Virus record (IMG/VR): IMGVR_UViG_3300030118_002438
Coordinates: 1 to 27,211 of that record
DNA from: a virus
Taxonomy: Duplodnaviria; Caudoviricetes
DNA length: 27,211 bases
Direction: 5' to 3' (one strand)
In this document: positions 7,905 to 17,522 of the stretch, piece by piece
Layout of the letters: each line of letters starts with the position of its first letter
Position numbering within the stretch: the stretch's first letter is position 1
Made by a program: the position numbers and the translations under genes
The notes under the pieces: generated by a model
The model's input: only the letters and a program-made list of their open reading frames with translations
Databases searched by the model: none
What the model was told of the DNA's origin: nothing

Positions 7905-10900
7905 TTAATACCTGGACAATCTCTTAGGAAATCTACTAACTTATCTCCCGTTTTTATTTCTTTAAGAACATCTCCCACAGTCTGTGTTACTGGTTGATCG
8001 TCTACAACCCTTGTAACAATTTCATAGTTTGGATCTATTTGTTCTAGGACTTCTTGGATTTCATTTGCATTTTCAGCAGACGAGCCGCTTCTTCGAACAT
8101 TGCTGCTTCCGCTTTGGAGTACATCTTCTGAAATTCCTCCTTTTTCTGTGATGACTGGTCTTTCTCCTTCTGTGTTGATTTTTTCGTAACCATCTGCTAG
8201 CTCCTTTCCTTTATTGTAATTAGCTTCGATGTTTTCAAAGTTTTCTTTTATGATACGAGGATCTACAAATCTACCCTCATTGTGAATTCTTTTTACATTT
8301 CTAGCAATTGCGGTATCAACCCCAACCTCTACATATTTGAACTCTACTGTATATCCAAATTGTTTTACTAGATTAACATATTTTCCTATAGAATTACCAC
8401 TAGAACCTACAACTGGTAAAATAATATTATCATTGTTTGTGATAGCTCTATTTAGCAATTGTGCTTGAATTATCTTACTTTCTTGATGAACAGCACCAGC
8501 TCCGATACCATTTCCATATTCTGGCAGCTTTGCTTTTACAAGATCAGAGTCGATTATTATAGCACCATATTTGCTTTTATCTGCATTTGCTCTGGCTGAC
8601 TTACCAGATGCTGGCAACCCAGCATATATAATTAATTTTTTTTCTTTTTTGTCTGCACCACTTCCGTAAAGATCATCAATAATACCTTGCCAGTTTCTTT
8701 TCTTTTGCCAGGATGCTGCATAAATATTATTTTTTGATAAAGATCCTTCTTTCCTGGCTGTATCAATTGTTTGTTCTATGGCTTCAGCTTGTTCTCTAAG
8801 AGCTACAATCTCTGGATGATCTAGTAAATCATCACTTTGATTTTTTAAAATATCATCATCAAGATCAGAAATTTCAGCCAGAGTCTTAGTAGAAAAGTCT
8901 ATTTTTTCTGGTTCTCTTTTACCAAAAACATTTTTAACTTTGTCTAAAAGACTTGTTCTTGGATTTTCATCTATAAGAAATAAATCTCCTCCATCCTCTT
9001 CATCAACAACTCTTTGCTCTAGTTCTCTGAATTCATCTTTAGATCTTGCATATTGAGTAGCTCCGTCATGCGGATCGTTAAAATTTTCAAGATTTTTACT
9101 GACTACTGGTTCTTTAGGATCTTTTGGTTGCGTTTGTGTATATCCCTCAGAAAGCGTAGTCCGTTCAGATCTGCCTGGTGTAACCCTGTCAAGATCGCCA
9201 CTTCTAATTGCTTCTGCGACAGCTTTTTTAAAAGTTTGGATTGCTTCTCGCTGATCCCCAGCTTTATAGGTTTTGGCTGCTTCGGTAAGTTCATCTGATA
9301 TTGCTCCTTTCATGTTTGCAAGTTTAACTATTCTTTCAATAGTCAATGCACTTTCCTCTAATGCTTTTTTATTATAAGCACTATCTAATTTATTTTTTCC
9401 TTCTTCTATAATTTTCTTTTCATTACTAATTAAAAATTTTGATACAGTCTTATCTTTTCTAAGTTCTTTTAGTGTTTTGTCTAAGACTGCAGCTCTTTCT
9501 GTAATTAATAATTCTTTTATTATTTGTGTACCAAAAAGATCTTGTACTTCTTTGCTTGATACACCCTGGCTTATTACATCATTTATTGCCAGTCTAATTT
9601 GATTAATATTATCAAAATTGTTTTTTGATATGAATTCCATAACCTGGATCTGTAAATCTCCATCTTCAACAAGATCTCCAACAGCAGCTGCTACATTATC
9701 TGGAATTTTGTTATTGAGATAATACTGCCAGGCTCTAGGATCTAACAAAGACAAACCCCTGGCATTTTGCCAGATAACAGATCTTGGAGATATTTTACCT
9801 CTAATAGCTTCTATATAATCTGGTCTAATTCTTAAAATTTTTGCAACATCAGTAGCATCAGCTGTGCCTTGATGAACATTCAACATCATAGCAGCTACCA
9901 TTGTTTCTTCTGGAGTATGTCCATCAACCTCTCTTCTAATGGTGGCTAAAAGATATGGCTTTTGTTTTCCTAATTTTTTTATTCTTTTTGCTAGACCTAG
10001 TCTTTGATGACCATCTGCAATAACTTTTCTGCCATCTGCATATTCAAAAACCAGGACAACATTTGCAGCATCTTGATCCCAGGTATCTATACCTTTTAAT
10101 TTTGGAGATATGCCAGTTTCTGGATCTATCTCAATTGTTTTAAATTGGAATATATCTGGTTCTACTTCTATTTCATCTGGATCTAATCTTACTTCTCTGT
10201 AAACATTGTGTTCCTGGTCAAAGTTTTTTGTGTAGTCTATGTCAGATATCGGTTCTTCTGGTATCTTGACTTGTCCATCATTTAATAAATCATTACCAGC
10301 TTTTAATATTCTTTGATTATGTTCTAATTTACCTTCTGCATTATCTTTTAAAGGATTTGTACTATCTACAATGTCATCTCCATTTAAAACTTGTTCTGCG
10401 TTTTTTGTAGCTGCAGATTTATTTTGTTCTGGTATTGCTTCTAGTAAAGCTCTTTTTTCAGCTGTATTAAGACTTCCTATTTGTTGATTGATATATTTTA
10501 TCAATCTATCTGCAAACGCTTCATCTTTTATAGTAGCTTCGTCTACTAACCTATCAATCTCTTTTGCTATTTTTTTACCTTTGTTGCCAGGTATAGCATT
10601 GAGAATAGATTTATAGCCTTTTATTGTTCTATCAATAATTGCAGCAATACCAAATGTACCAACAAATCCAGCACCAGCTGCAGTTGCAATAATTTTTGAT
10701 GCTTCTTTCCATCCATAATTAGATCCAAGAGAATCTCTATAAGGAACTACCCTAGCCTGGATAGCTGTTTCTGTAACACCAGCTATAACAGACTCAAGAG
10801 CTGCTAGTCTGACAGCTCCAAGTAAAGTACCGCCAGTACCACCCGTTGCTATAGATACTGGTATTGAGGCAAGTATTAATGGATCTTGAAATATACCAAC

Positions 10901-11479
10901 AGCTGCACCAGCAAAAGATGGAAACAAAGAGCTGCCATCATTGTAAACTTGTTGTATGTTGAGTTCTCTTTCATACTCCTGGATTTCTTGTCTACGCAAA
11001 TTTTCATAGTATGTATAATCTCTAAAACCACCAGATGGAGATCCTTTTTGATCTGGATTTTTTTTAAAATATTCTGCTATGTAATTATTTATATATTCTT
11101 TTTTAGCCTGGACATGACGATAAGATGTTGCTGATCCTTCGTATCTGTCTACATAAGCTCCAGAAACATCATACTCAATATTTAAATAATTATCATCTAC
11201 CTCTGGTACATAATCATTCATGTTTAGTGATATGCCAGTCAGGTCATAAAAATCACCCGTAACTTTGTCCATATCTTCCATAGTATTCTGTAACTCAGAT
11301 ATGGAGTTTCCGTAATTTAATTGATAATCAAGATTTGTTTGGAATATTTCAGAGTCTGATCTTGGTCTTTCTAAAGCTGTTCTATCTGTAAGAACATTAT
11401 TACGATTATTTCTATTTAGATTATCATCAGTAAAATATCCTGGATTTACTCTATTTTCATTTATTTTAAATTGAGCCAT
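7901..11479 (-). CDS. Polyvalent internal virion protein: hydrophobic helical segment, ParB/Srx-like domain and C-terminal zeta-toxin-like P-loop kinase
   Basis: 1192 aa; Gly/Ala-rich hydrophobic stretch about aa 183-283; VIADGHQR about aa 486-493; YAGLPASGKS Walker A about aa 952-961, followed by IIIDSDLVK, GAVHQES and RNVKR...GRFVD; located within the ejection gene block. Confidence 0.7.
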   Translation of the reverse strand: MAQFKINENRVNPGYFTDDNLNRNNRNNVLTDRTALERPRSDSEIFQTNLDYQLNYGNSISELQNTMEDMDKVTGDFYDLTGISLNMNDYVPEVDDNYLNIEYDVSGAYVDRYEGSATSYRHVQAKKEYINNYIAEYFKKNPDQKGSPSGGFRDYTYYENLRRQEIQEYERELNIQQVYNDGSSLFPSFAGAAVGIFQDPLILASIPVSIATGGTGGTLLGAVRLAALESVIAGVTETAIQARVVPYRDSLGSNYGWKEASKIIATAAGAGFVGTFGIAAIIDRTIKGYKSILNAIPGNKGKKIAKEIDRLVDEATIKDEAFADRLIKYINQQIGSLNTAEKRALLEAIPEQNKSAATKNAEQVLNGDDIVDSTNPLKDNAEGKLEHNQRILKAGNDLLNDGQVKIPEEPISDIDYTKNFDQEHNVYREVRLDPDEIEVEPDIFQFKTIEIDPETGISPKLKGIDTWDQDAANVVLVFEYADGRKVIADGHQRLGLAKRIKKLGKQKPYLLATIRREVDGHTPEETMVAAMMLNVHQGTADATDVAKILRIRPDYIEAIRGKISPRSVIWQNARGLSLLDPRAWQYYLNNKIPDNVAAAVGDLVEDGDLQIQVMEFISKNNFDNINQIRLAINDVISQGVSSKEVQDLFGTQIIKELLITERAAVLDKTLKELRKDKTVSKFLISNEKKIIEEGKNKLDSAYNKKALEESALTIERIVKLANMKGAISDELTEAAKTYKAGDQREAIQTFKKAVAEAIRSGDLDRVTPGRSERTTLSEGYTQTQPKDPKEPVVSKNLENFNDPHDGATQYARSKDEFRELEQRVVDEEDGGDLFLIDENPRTSLLDKVKNVFGKREPEKIDFSTKTLAEISDLDDDILKNQSDDLLDHPEIVALREQAEAIEQTIDTARKEGSLSKNNIYAASWQKKRNWQGIIDDLYGSGADKKEKKLIIYAGLPASGKSARANADKSKYGAIIIDSDLVKAKLPEYGNGIGAGAVHQESKIIQAQLLNRAITNNDNIILPVVGSSGNSIGKYVNLVKQFGYTVEFKYVEVGVDTAIARNVKRIHNEGRFVDPRIIKENFENIEANYNKGKELADGYEKINTEGERPVITEKGGISEDVLQSGSSNVRRSGSSAENANEIQEVLEQIDPNYEIVTRVVDDQPVTQTVGDVLKEIKTGDKLVDFLRDCPGIK

Positions 11480-12002
11480 AATTTTTTAGATACTCTGCTT
11501 CTTTTTTTCTCCTAGTAGGAAAATAATCACCAAAGTTTTGTAGCTCTTGGTATACAGCATCCCAATCACCATCAGTTGCATATTTAATAAATGATGGAGT
11601 TCTACTAAAACTACCATACTGAAAGCCTACAGATATAATTACTGTGGCTTGTCCTTGATCTAAATTATCAAACTCTTGTATCGGATCATAGCTATTGTAT
11701 TGGCTAATAAGATTTTCTGCATAATAGCTTCTACTGCATCTATCTATAATTTCTACAGCATCCTCTGTTAGTTCTAATTTTTCAGCAAAATGTTTTGCCT
11801 GGTCACCATACAAACCAAAATATGGCAACAGCTCCGACACAATTGTTTCTGGTATTCCTATACTTCTACAAAAATCAGCATCTTTTTCTTTGAGATCAAA
11901 ACCACTAGCTATGGTAACTCCAGAATTATTTGTAGGATGATAACCCTTCGTGTGTCCTTTACCCTCTAACTTATGTATAAATTCCCAGTCTATATTACTC
12001 AT
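11466..12002 (-). CDS. Pesticin C-terminal-like (T4-lysozyme fold) muramidase
   Basis: IDWEFIHKLEG...GYHP...SGVTIASGFDL, ATVIISVGFQYG and LQNFGDYFPTRRKKEAEYL match the pesticin-type lysozyme pattern, with a catalytic Glu in LEG and Thr in SGVT. Confidence 0.85.
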   Translation of the reverse strand: MSNIDWEFIHKLEGKGHTKGYHPTNNSGVTIASGFDLKEKDADFCRSIGIPETIVSELLPYFGLYGDQAKHFAEKLELTEDAVEIIDRCSRSYYAENLISQYNSYDPIQEFDNLDQGQATVIISVGFQYGSFSRTPSFIKYATDGDWDAVYQELQNFGDYFPTRRKKEAEYLKNYGSI

Positions 12003-14322
12003 CTAATAAATCCGCTAATATATTGTTAAGATTAAATATAACCTCATCTCCATCCTCATCTATGTAGTAAAGAGCTTCTCCAGTATTTGGATTACCATTA
12101 AGAAGATAATACAATCCATCACCAGCTGTTTCTAAATATAAATTAGGTGAAAAAACTTTGTCATCACTAAATAAACCTTCTTCTACAAGAAAACTCTGTA
12201 AATTTATATTTTTTCCACCACTACCTATTGGCAAAATTAATTTTTTTGTATCTATCATTTTATCTGTACCAGAGTCATAGACTGGTACATTATGTGTAAA
12301 TGCTTTTTCTAGTAATTCTAATGTAAGTTTTTCTTCTAATATGCTTTTTAAATCTGGAATATCATCTCTGCTTTGATCTTTGTAATATGTAAATGGTTCT
12401 CCATTTGGCATAGATCTGGGTAAAATTATTTTATTACCATCTCCAAATTCTTGATATCCACCATAATAGATACCGCCTTTTTTTTGTAGACCAGCTGACA
12501 TTTGTAGTGCTAGCTCGTACATACCTCGCAATTGTGTTTCTTTCATATCCAAAATATTATTTTTGTTTGTTAATAAAAAATCTCTAAAGATAAGATCTGC
12601 ACCACCTTTAATTTGTGACATAAGATTTGGCAAATTGTTTGACAAAGAAGATGAAGCATACTCATTAATTAATTTTTCAAACATCAATGGTTCTGTAATT
12701 ATTTGTTCTTTTATAATTTTAAATTTATCATCAACTGTACCATCTCTTTTTGCAACTAATCCATTTATCATTGCTGCAGTTGTTTCTGTAAGCACACCAT
12801 TACTATTAAGTAATTCTAGTCCAATATGTGCATACATAGCTGAGTCTGCACCCATACCAATATTTTGAAATACTCTTATAGATCCACCATTTTTAGATAG
12901 TGTAACCAGGTTCAATAACATGGTTTGTATCTGATCTCTTGATCCGTTTTCAAAAATAAATTTAGCTTGCTCTCTTTCTTCTGGTTTCAGGTACTGTATA
13001 AAATCTGTAATACCATATCTATCTGCTACTTTGTTTGCTGTAGACACTCTGTTTTTTGACATTTCTGCAAACATATTAGAGTCTGTCATAGTCAAATCTA
13101 ACTCTTGAATATTTAAACTAGGATCAAAATCTTCTGCGGTATTTAATAAATCATCGCCAAAGCCAGTCATCATCTTACTATGTATATCTGACAAACTATC
13201 TCTCAAACTTAAAAGAGCCTTCTGTTCAAAAAGACTTACATTTTCTTTTTGTTCATTCTGCTCTATCTTTAAATTGACTTGATCTAAGGCTTGTTTTACT
13301 TCAGACATTTCATACAACTTTGCTTTTTCTATCGTATCAAAATTTAATTTTAGAATTGATAATTCTTCTAATTCATCTTCTAGTCCAGGCTCTCCGATCT
13401 GTTTCAGCTGTGAGTCTATAGCTATCATCCTTGATGATATTTCATTAAATGATGTAACATTCATAGATCCACCAGACATTACATCTTTTAGATTATTGAA
13501 ATCACTTATAACATCAGTCTTGGCTGCTTTGATATCACCTTTGATACTTGTGTTTATTTTATTTACAGCTACGCCAGCTGATTTGTAAATAGTATTTAGA
13601 TTGTCACCAGATATCTTATCATTCCAAAAACCATCTTCGTAAAGATCTAAAAATTTATTTGGATCATCAGAAGCCATTTTCTCTGCTTCTAGGGTATAAA
13701 GATTTTGATATGTTATATCTCTAAAATTATCATCAACAAGACCATCAGCTTTTGCGTCAGTAATATATTTATCTATGTTTGCTAAAGCTGAGTTCTTTTT
13801 AGCAGCATTACCACTAACATAATTGTTGATTTCGAACTCTAAGTTTTTGTCTAATGTAGTAAGTGAGTTAGTTCTAATATTTTTCCAAACATTACTTTGA
13901 ACATCAATATAATTATTTGTAAATATTTCATCAGCTTTTTCACTAAAGATTGTTCTTACAACCTGGTCATCAATTGAATTTAAAATATTAGTTTTATGAT
14001 TGTTAAAACTATTTTGAAAGTTTGGTAAAGCGTTTGCTGTATCTGTGCTGTTAGAAGCATCAAACATTAATTTATTTAGTCCTGGATTGTTTTCGTCACC
14101 CTTAATTAAGAAATCTATTTTTTCTGCAGCTTCGTTTTTTCTTTGGAGAGATGTTTGTGCTAAAGAAAATTTACTTGCTATGTCTGCAGCTGTGCCAGCT
14201 AGATTTGCAGCAGCTTCAAAGGGAGCTGTGGCAGCTCCAGTAATATCTGGAGTTGGTCTTAAACTTGCACCACCTTGTCCAGTAGGTTGTGTCCTGGCTG
14301 TGAATTCTGGTATTTTTACCAT
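11995..14322 (-). CDS. Internal virion (ejection) protein, T7 gp15-equivalent position
   Basis: 775 aa, acidic and helical; MVKIPEF start followed by a Pro/Gly/Ala-rich leader; assignment mainly by synteny. Confidence 0.6.
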   Translation of the reverse strand: MVKIPEFTARTQPTGQGGASLRPTPDITGAATAPFEAAANLAGTAADIASKFSLAQTSLQRKNEAAEKIDFLIKGDENNPGLNKLMFDASNSTDTANALPNFQNSFNNHKTNILNSIDDQVVRTIFSEKADEIFTNNYIDVQSNVWKNIRTNSLTTLDKNLEFEINNYVSGNAAKKNSALANIDKYITDAKADGLVDDNFRDITYQNLYTLEAEKMASDDPNKFLDLYEDGFWNDKISGDNLNTIYKSAGVAVNKINTSIKGDIKAAKTDVISDFNNLKDVMSGGSMNVTSFNEISSRMIAIDSQLKQIGEPGLEDELEELSILKLNFDTIEKAKLYEMSEVKQALDQVNLKIEQNEQKENVSLFEQKALLSLRDSLSDIHSKMMTGFGDDLLNTAEDFDPSLNIQELDLTMTDSNMFAEMSKNRVSTANKVADRYGITDFIQYLKPEEREQAKFIFENGSRDQIQTMLLNLVTLSKNGGSIRVFQNIGMGADSAMYAHIGLELLNSNGVLTETTAAMINGLVAKRDGTVDDKFKIIKEQIITEPLMFEKLINEYASSSLSNNLPNLMSQIKGGADLIFRDFLLTNKNNILDMKETQLRGMYELALQMSAGLQKKGGIYYGGYQEFGDGNKIILPRSMPNGEPFTYYKDQSRDDIPDLKSILEEKLTLELLEKAFTHNVPVYDSGTDKMIDTKKLILPIGSGGKNINLQSFLVEEGLFSDDKVFSPNLYLETAGDGLYYLLNGNPNTGEALYYIDEDGDEVIFNLNNILADLLDE

Positions 14323-14822
14323 TATGTTAGACCTCCATATTGTTCGATATATTTAGCTTGTCCAAAACCACCAAGAAGAGTAGATCCAGCATTGTAATAA
14401 GATGCAATCTGTCTTTGTCTACCCTGGTATGCTGCCAACTGTCCTTCCATTCTTGATAGAACTGCAGCGTCTTTGAATTCTGTATTTTGCATCCTGGCAT
14501 TATAATCTATGTTTGCCTTTTCTATTTCTGACTCTGTAAGATAATCCTCTATAATAGCAAGCGGTGTACCTCGCATTTTTACACCTGATGATGCGTATGC
14601 TCTTTCTACAGATGATAGTGTTTTACTAAAACTTTTCTCAAACCTTTGTGTTGTATATTCTCCAAGTTCTATAGCTCTTTCAGCTTTATCCTCATAAATC
14701 TGTGCATTTTGCTCTGCTAGTGTTTGTTGATATCTACCAGCAGCTCTAGCTTGTTGTCCAGCTGCTATGGTTGAAACAGCTGCTATACCAGTAGAGGCTA
14801 ATAATAATGGTGTTGCACCCAT
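14322..14822 (-). CDS. Small internal virion (ejection) protein, T7 gp14-like
   Basis: 166 aa; hydrophobic N-terminus, Ala/Gln-rich coiled coil, AYASSGV..GTPL motif, Gly-rich C-terminus. Confidence 0.7.
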   Translation of the reverse strand: MGATPLLLASTGIAAVSTIAAGQQARAAGRYQQTLAEQNAQIYEDKAERAIELGEYTTQRFEKSFSKTLSSVERAYASSGVKMRGTPLAIIEDYLTESEIEKANIDYNARMQNTEFKDAAVLSRMEGQLAAYQGRQRQIASYYNAGSTLLGGFGQAKYIEQYGGLT

Positions 14823-15271
14823 TATAAAACCCTCGCAAATCTAATATGATCTTGATTTAAAACATACTTTTTCATAATACCTTCATTCTCAAAACCTAAC
14901 CATGATGCAAATCTTTGACCAAGTAAAAAATCTTTTTTCACAGCTGTTTGTACTCTCGTTATACTATTTTTTTCTATCATTTGATCTAAATTTTTTTTTA
15001 TAGCTCTAGCAGCTCCTACTCTATAGTTCCAAACTTTATCACAAGCTATCACCCAACCTTCGTAAACACCATCCCATAAATGACATACACCACCAGCTAC
15101 AATCAATTCATCCCCATCTGCAGCTGTAAATGACATTCCAGGCTCTTCTAGGTTGTCAAATTTTGCTTTCCATTTTTCATCAACTGCTAGTAAAGGATCA
15201 TTCATTAGTCCAGATGTAAGTGTCAAAGCATGATTTTTTTTAAATGGCATGATGTGTAAATTATCCTTCAT
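14822..15271 (-). CDS. GNAT-fold/T7 gp13-like virion assembly protein (putative acyltransferase)
   Basis: 149 aa; LIVAGGV..LWDGVYEGW, RVQTAV, RFASWLGFENEGIMKKY matches the GNAT C-terminal 'LGFxxEG' motif; located after tail tubular B. Confidence 0.65.
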   Translation of the reverse strand: MKDNLHIMPFKKNHALTLTSGLMNDPLLAVDEKWKAKFDNLEEPGMSFTAADGDELIVAGGVCHLWDGVYEGWVIACDKVWNYRVGAARAIKKNLDQMIEKNSITRVQTAVKKDFLLGQRFASWLGFENEGIMKKYVLNQDHIRFARVL

Positions 15272-17522
15272 TAGTTGTTACTCTTGGATATATCCCAATA
15301 ATATTTAATGGTAAAGGCTGTGTCTGCCTTACAAAGATATGTCCATCTGTTTCAAAATCTCCTCTAAATTCTACTTGTTTGTCACCCGTAAATGGCTGCA
15401 GAGCTGTGTCCATATCATCAGCACTAGATCTAAAAGGTATTCTTTCCATATTTGTAATCTTACTACCTATCTCAACACCCACAGACTCTAATAATCTTAC
15501 TGTTACTTCGTGTATTCTTTTTGTTTGACCTTGAGCTACACCTTCTGCAGCTCCAGCTTCTACTCTCATAGTTTGTAGTAAGCTCGTATAAGACAAACCA
15601 ACCTGGACTTTTGTAGCAGATCTTTCAAGTGTTATAGATCCACCAGATACAGTCTTATCTGGATGAGTAGCTCCGTCAGCTAGAATTGACACAGATTGTC
15701 CTTCAAGATGATCTAGTCCAGAAATAGTTGTGACTGCACTACCAGAGTAAAGCAAACCACTATCAATGAAAAAAGCATCACTAATACTATCTCCAAAATC
15801 ATAGTCAGTTAGATATTCTACATATCTCCTAGTAGATCCATTTATAGTTCTTTTGACTACTATATACAGATCATCTTCATCAGCATCTCCTGGTATTGTT
15901 GCTATACTTTCAACATGACCAAAGCTATCAGATCCAAAAGATCCGCCAAGCTCGTGTATATGCCAGCCAACTACCTCTTCTGGTCTTTGATAGGTTAGAC
16001 CAATCAATTTACCATCAGTTCTTACACCCCATAAAATACTGTCTGGTTCTTGCTGATAAGACAGCTCTGTAACCCCAGACTCTGTAACATTCTCAGCCAG
16101 GATAGTCATATCAGGAGCTACATAGCTATCAAAATCAAAAGAATATGTTAGTTCTCTAATTTTTCTTTTAGCTCTTTGTAAAAACATAGTTACATTTGCA
16201 ATCTGGACAGCATCTATGTTTGCAGCTCCGTAGGATGTTTGTCTTTGAATTTGTATATTTGTTGGTGTTATAGGTTGTGTAGTTCCAGATGCAGATACAA
16301 CAAATTCACCACCTACAGTACCAGCTATCAGAGATCTTTGTGCAGACAAAAATCTGATAGCATTTACTTTATTCGATGCAATTGTATAAACCATAGCATC
16401 ACTATCATTTGTTCCTATTTGAAAATTGTTAAAAGTATTTACTTTACTGAAAAACAATGTCTGTGGCTCTACAGCTGTGGCTGCAAAAACCAGTCTTTGT
16501 TCAAAAAATGTAACAGATGATGGATGTCCAGTCGTATCTGAAAAAGAACCTAAAGAAAATTCTGTACTATTTGTATTTATACTCAGACCAGTAATAGCTT
16601 CTTTTACAGTAGCTGTAACAGTTGTTGTATTAGTAATAGCTGTTATTTCTAAAAATCCAGCAGTTCCAAGTTTTATATGTCTGCCAATATCATTTGATGT
16701 AAATCCAGTACCATCATTTATACCAGTAGTATTTGTTGCTGTAACAGTAGCAGACGCATTTAAAGTTACGCTAGAAGTCTGCAGCTGCGTTGCAGTTGTG
16801 TTTTCTGGTAAAAAAGGCATCGGTGAAAACTCTTCTTCAACAAGAGTCCAGCTAGTATGACCAGTTCTGGATAACTTTCTGACACTTACCTCTGGATGAA
16901 CCAGGTACATAATATCTGCAGATTGTGCAAATTTTATGCCTGGAAGCTGTGCAGTTGTAAATGGTGATGCTATTTCAAATATCTTGTTACAAGATCCACC
17001 AGATGTATATGTTGTAAAGCTAGTTGTATTTACATTTGTTCCATCAACATCAGTAAGCTCAAATGTATTTGTTGTTTTATTTGCAACAATAAATGTTTTA
17101 CCATTCAGCTCTGTCATACCTCCAACGCTTGTAATTATCACATGATCTCCGTTTGAATATCCATGTGAATTAGCTGTAATTACTCCTGGATTAGCTTTTG
17201 TAGCTGCAGATATAGCCTTTGCAGACTCTGTTATGATACCTTTATCTTTGTAAAATCTAATATATTGATTACCAAACTCCATAACATAGGTCTGGACAGT
17301 AGAAAATTCAAAAGGAATAAGTCTTACAGCCGCAGAGCTGCTTTTTACTTCATGTATAAATCTTGTGCCAGGTCGCCTGGTAGCTCCGCCATGTGGCTGT
17401 ATTGTAAAATTTGTGAGTTGTTTTGCTCCGTTATAGTATTTACTGAGATCAGTTCTCCCGTCTAATCTAGGTGATAACTGTCCAGCTGTAAAGTTTGTAT
17501 AGGCTACAGTCTGTCTTGGCAT
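15261..17522 (-). CDS. Tail tubular protein B (nozzle, T7 gp12-like) with inserted FCCH-like beta domain
   Basis: NFTAGQLSPRL.GR.D, PHGGATRRPGT, RLIPFEFS, AQSADIMYLVHP, HPSSVTFFEQRL, GLDHLEGQSV.ILADG and QTQPLPLNI motifs. Confidence 0.9.
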   Translation of the reverse strand: MPRQTVAYTNFTAGQLSPRLDGRTDLSKYYNGAKQLTNFTIQPHGGATRRPGTRFIHEVKSSSAAVRLIPFEFSTVQTYVMEFGNQYIRFYKDKGIITESAKAISAATKANPGVITANSHGYSNGDHVIITSVGGMTELNGKTFIVANKTTNTFELTDVDGTNVNTTSFTTYTSGGSCNKIFEIASPFTTAQLPGIKFAQSADIMYLVHPEVSVRKLSRTGHTSWTLVEEEFSPMPFLPENTTATQLQTSSVTLNASATVTATNTTGINDGTGFTSNDIGRHIKLGTAGFLEITAITNTTTVTATVKEAITGLSINTNSTEFSLGSFSDTTGHPSSVTFFEQRLVFAATAVEPQTLFFSKVNTFNNFQIGTNDSDAMVYTIASNKVNAIRFLSAQRSLIAGTVGGEFVVSASGTTQPITPTNIQIQRQTSYGAANIDAVQIANVTMFLQRAKRKIRELTYSFDFDSYVAPDMTILAENVTESGVTELSYQQEPDSILWGVRTDGKLIGLTYQRPEEVVGWHIHELGGSFGSDSFGHVESIATIPGDADEDDLYIVVKRTINGSTRRYVEYLTDYDFGDSISDAFFIDSGLLYSGSAVTTISGLDHLEGQSVSILADGATHPDKTVSGGSITLERSATKVQVGLSYTSLLQTMRVEAGAAEGVAQGQTKRIHEVTVRLLESVGVEIGSKITNMERIPFRSSADDMDTALQPFTGDKQVEFRGDFETDGHIFVRQTQPLPLNIIGIYPRVTTNEG

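Noticed and set aside
9103-9294. 63-aa nested minus-strand ORF as a possible antitoxin for the zeta-like domain
   Set aside because: Out-of-frame, fully nested in the 1192-aa gene, with no clear RBS or resemblance to epsilon/PezA antitoxins.
16995-17237. Ubiquitin-activating (E1) system
   Set aside because: Only a small FCCH-like beta domain inside a tail protein; no adenylation domain, E2 or ubiquitin-like gene is present.
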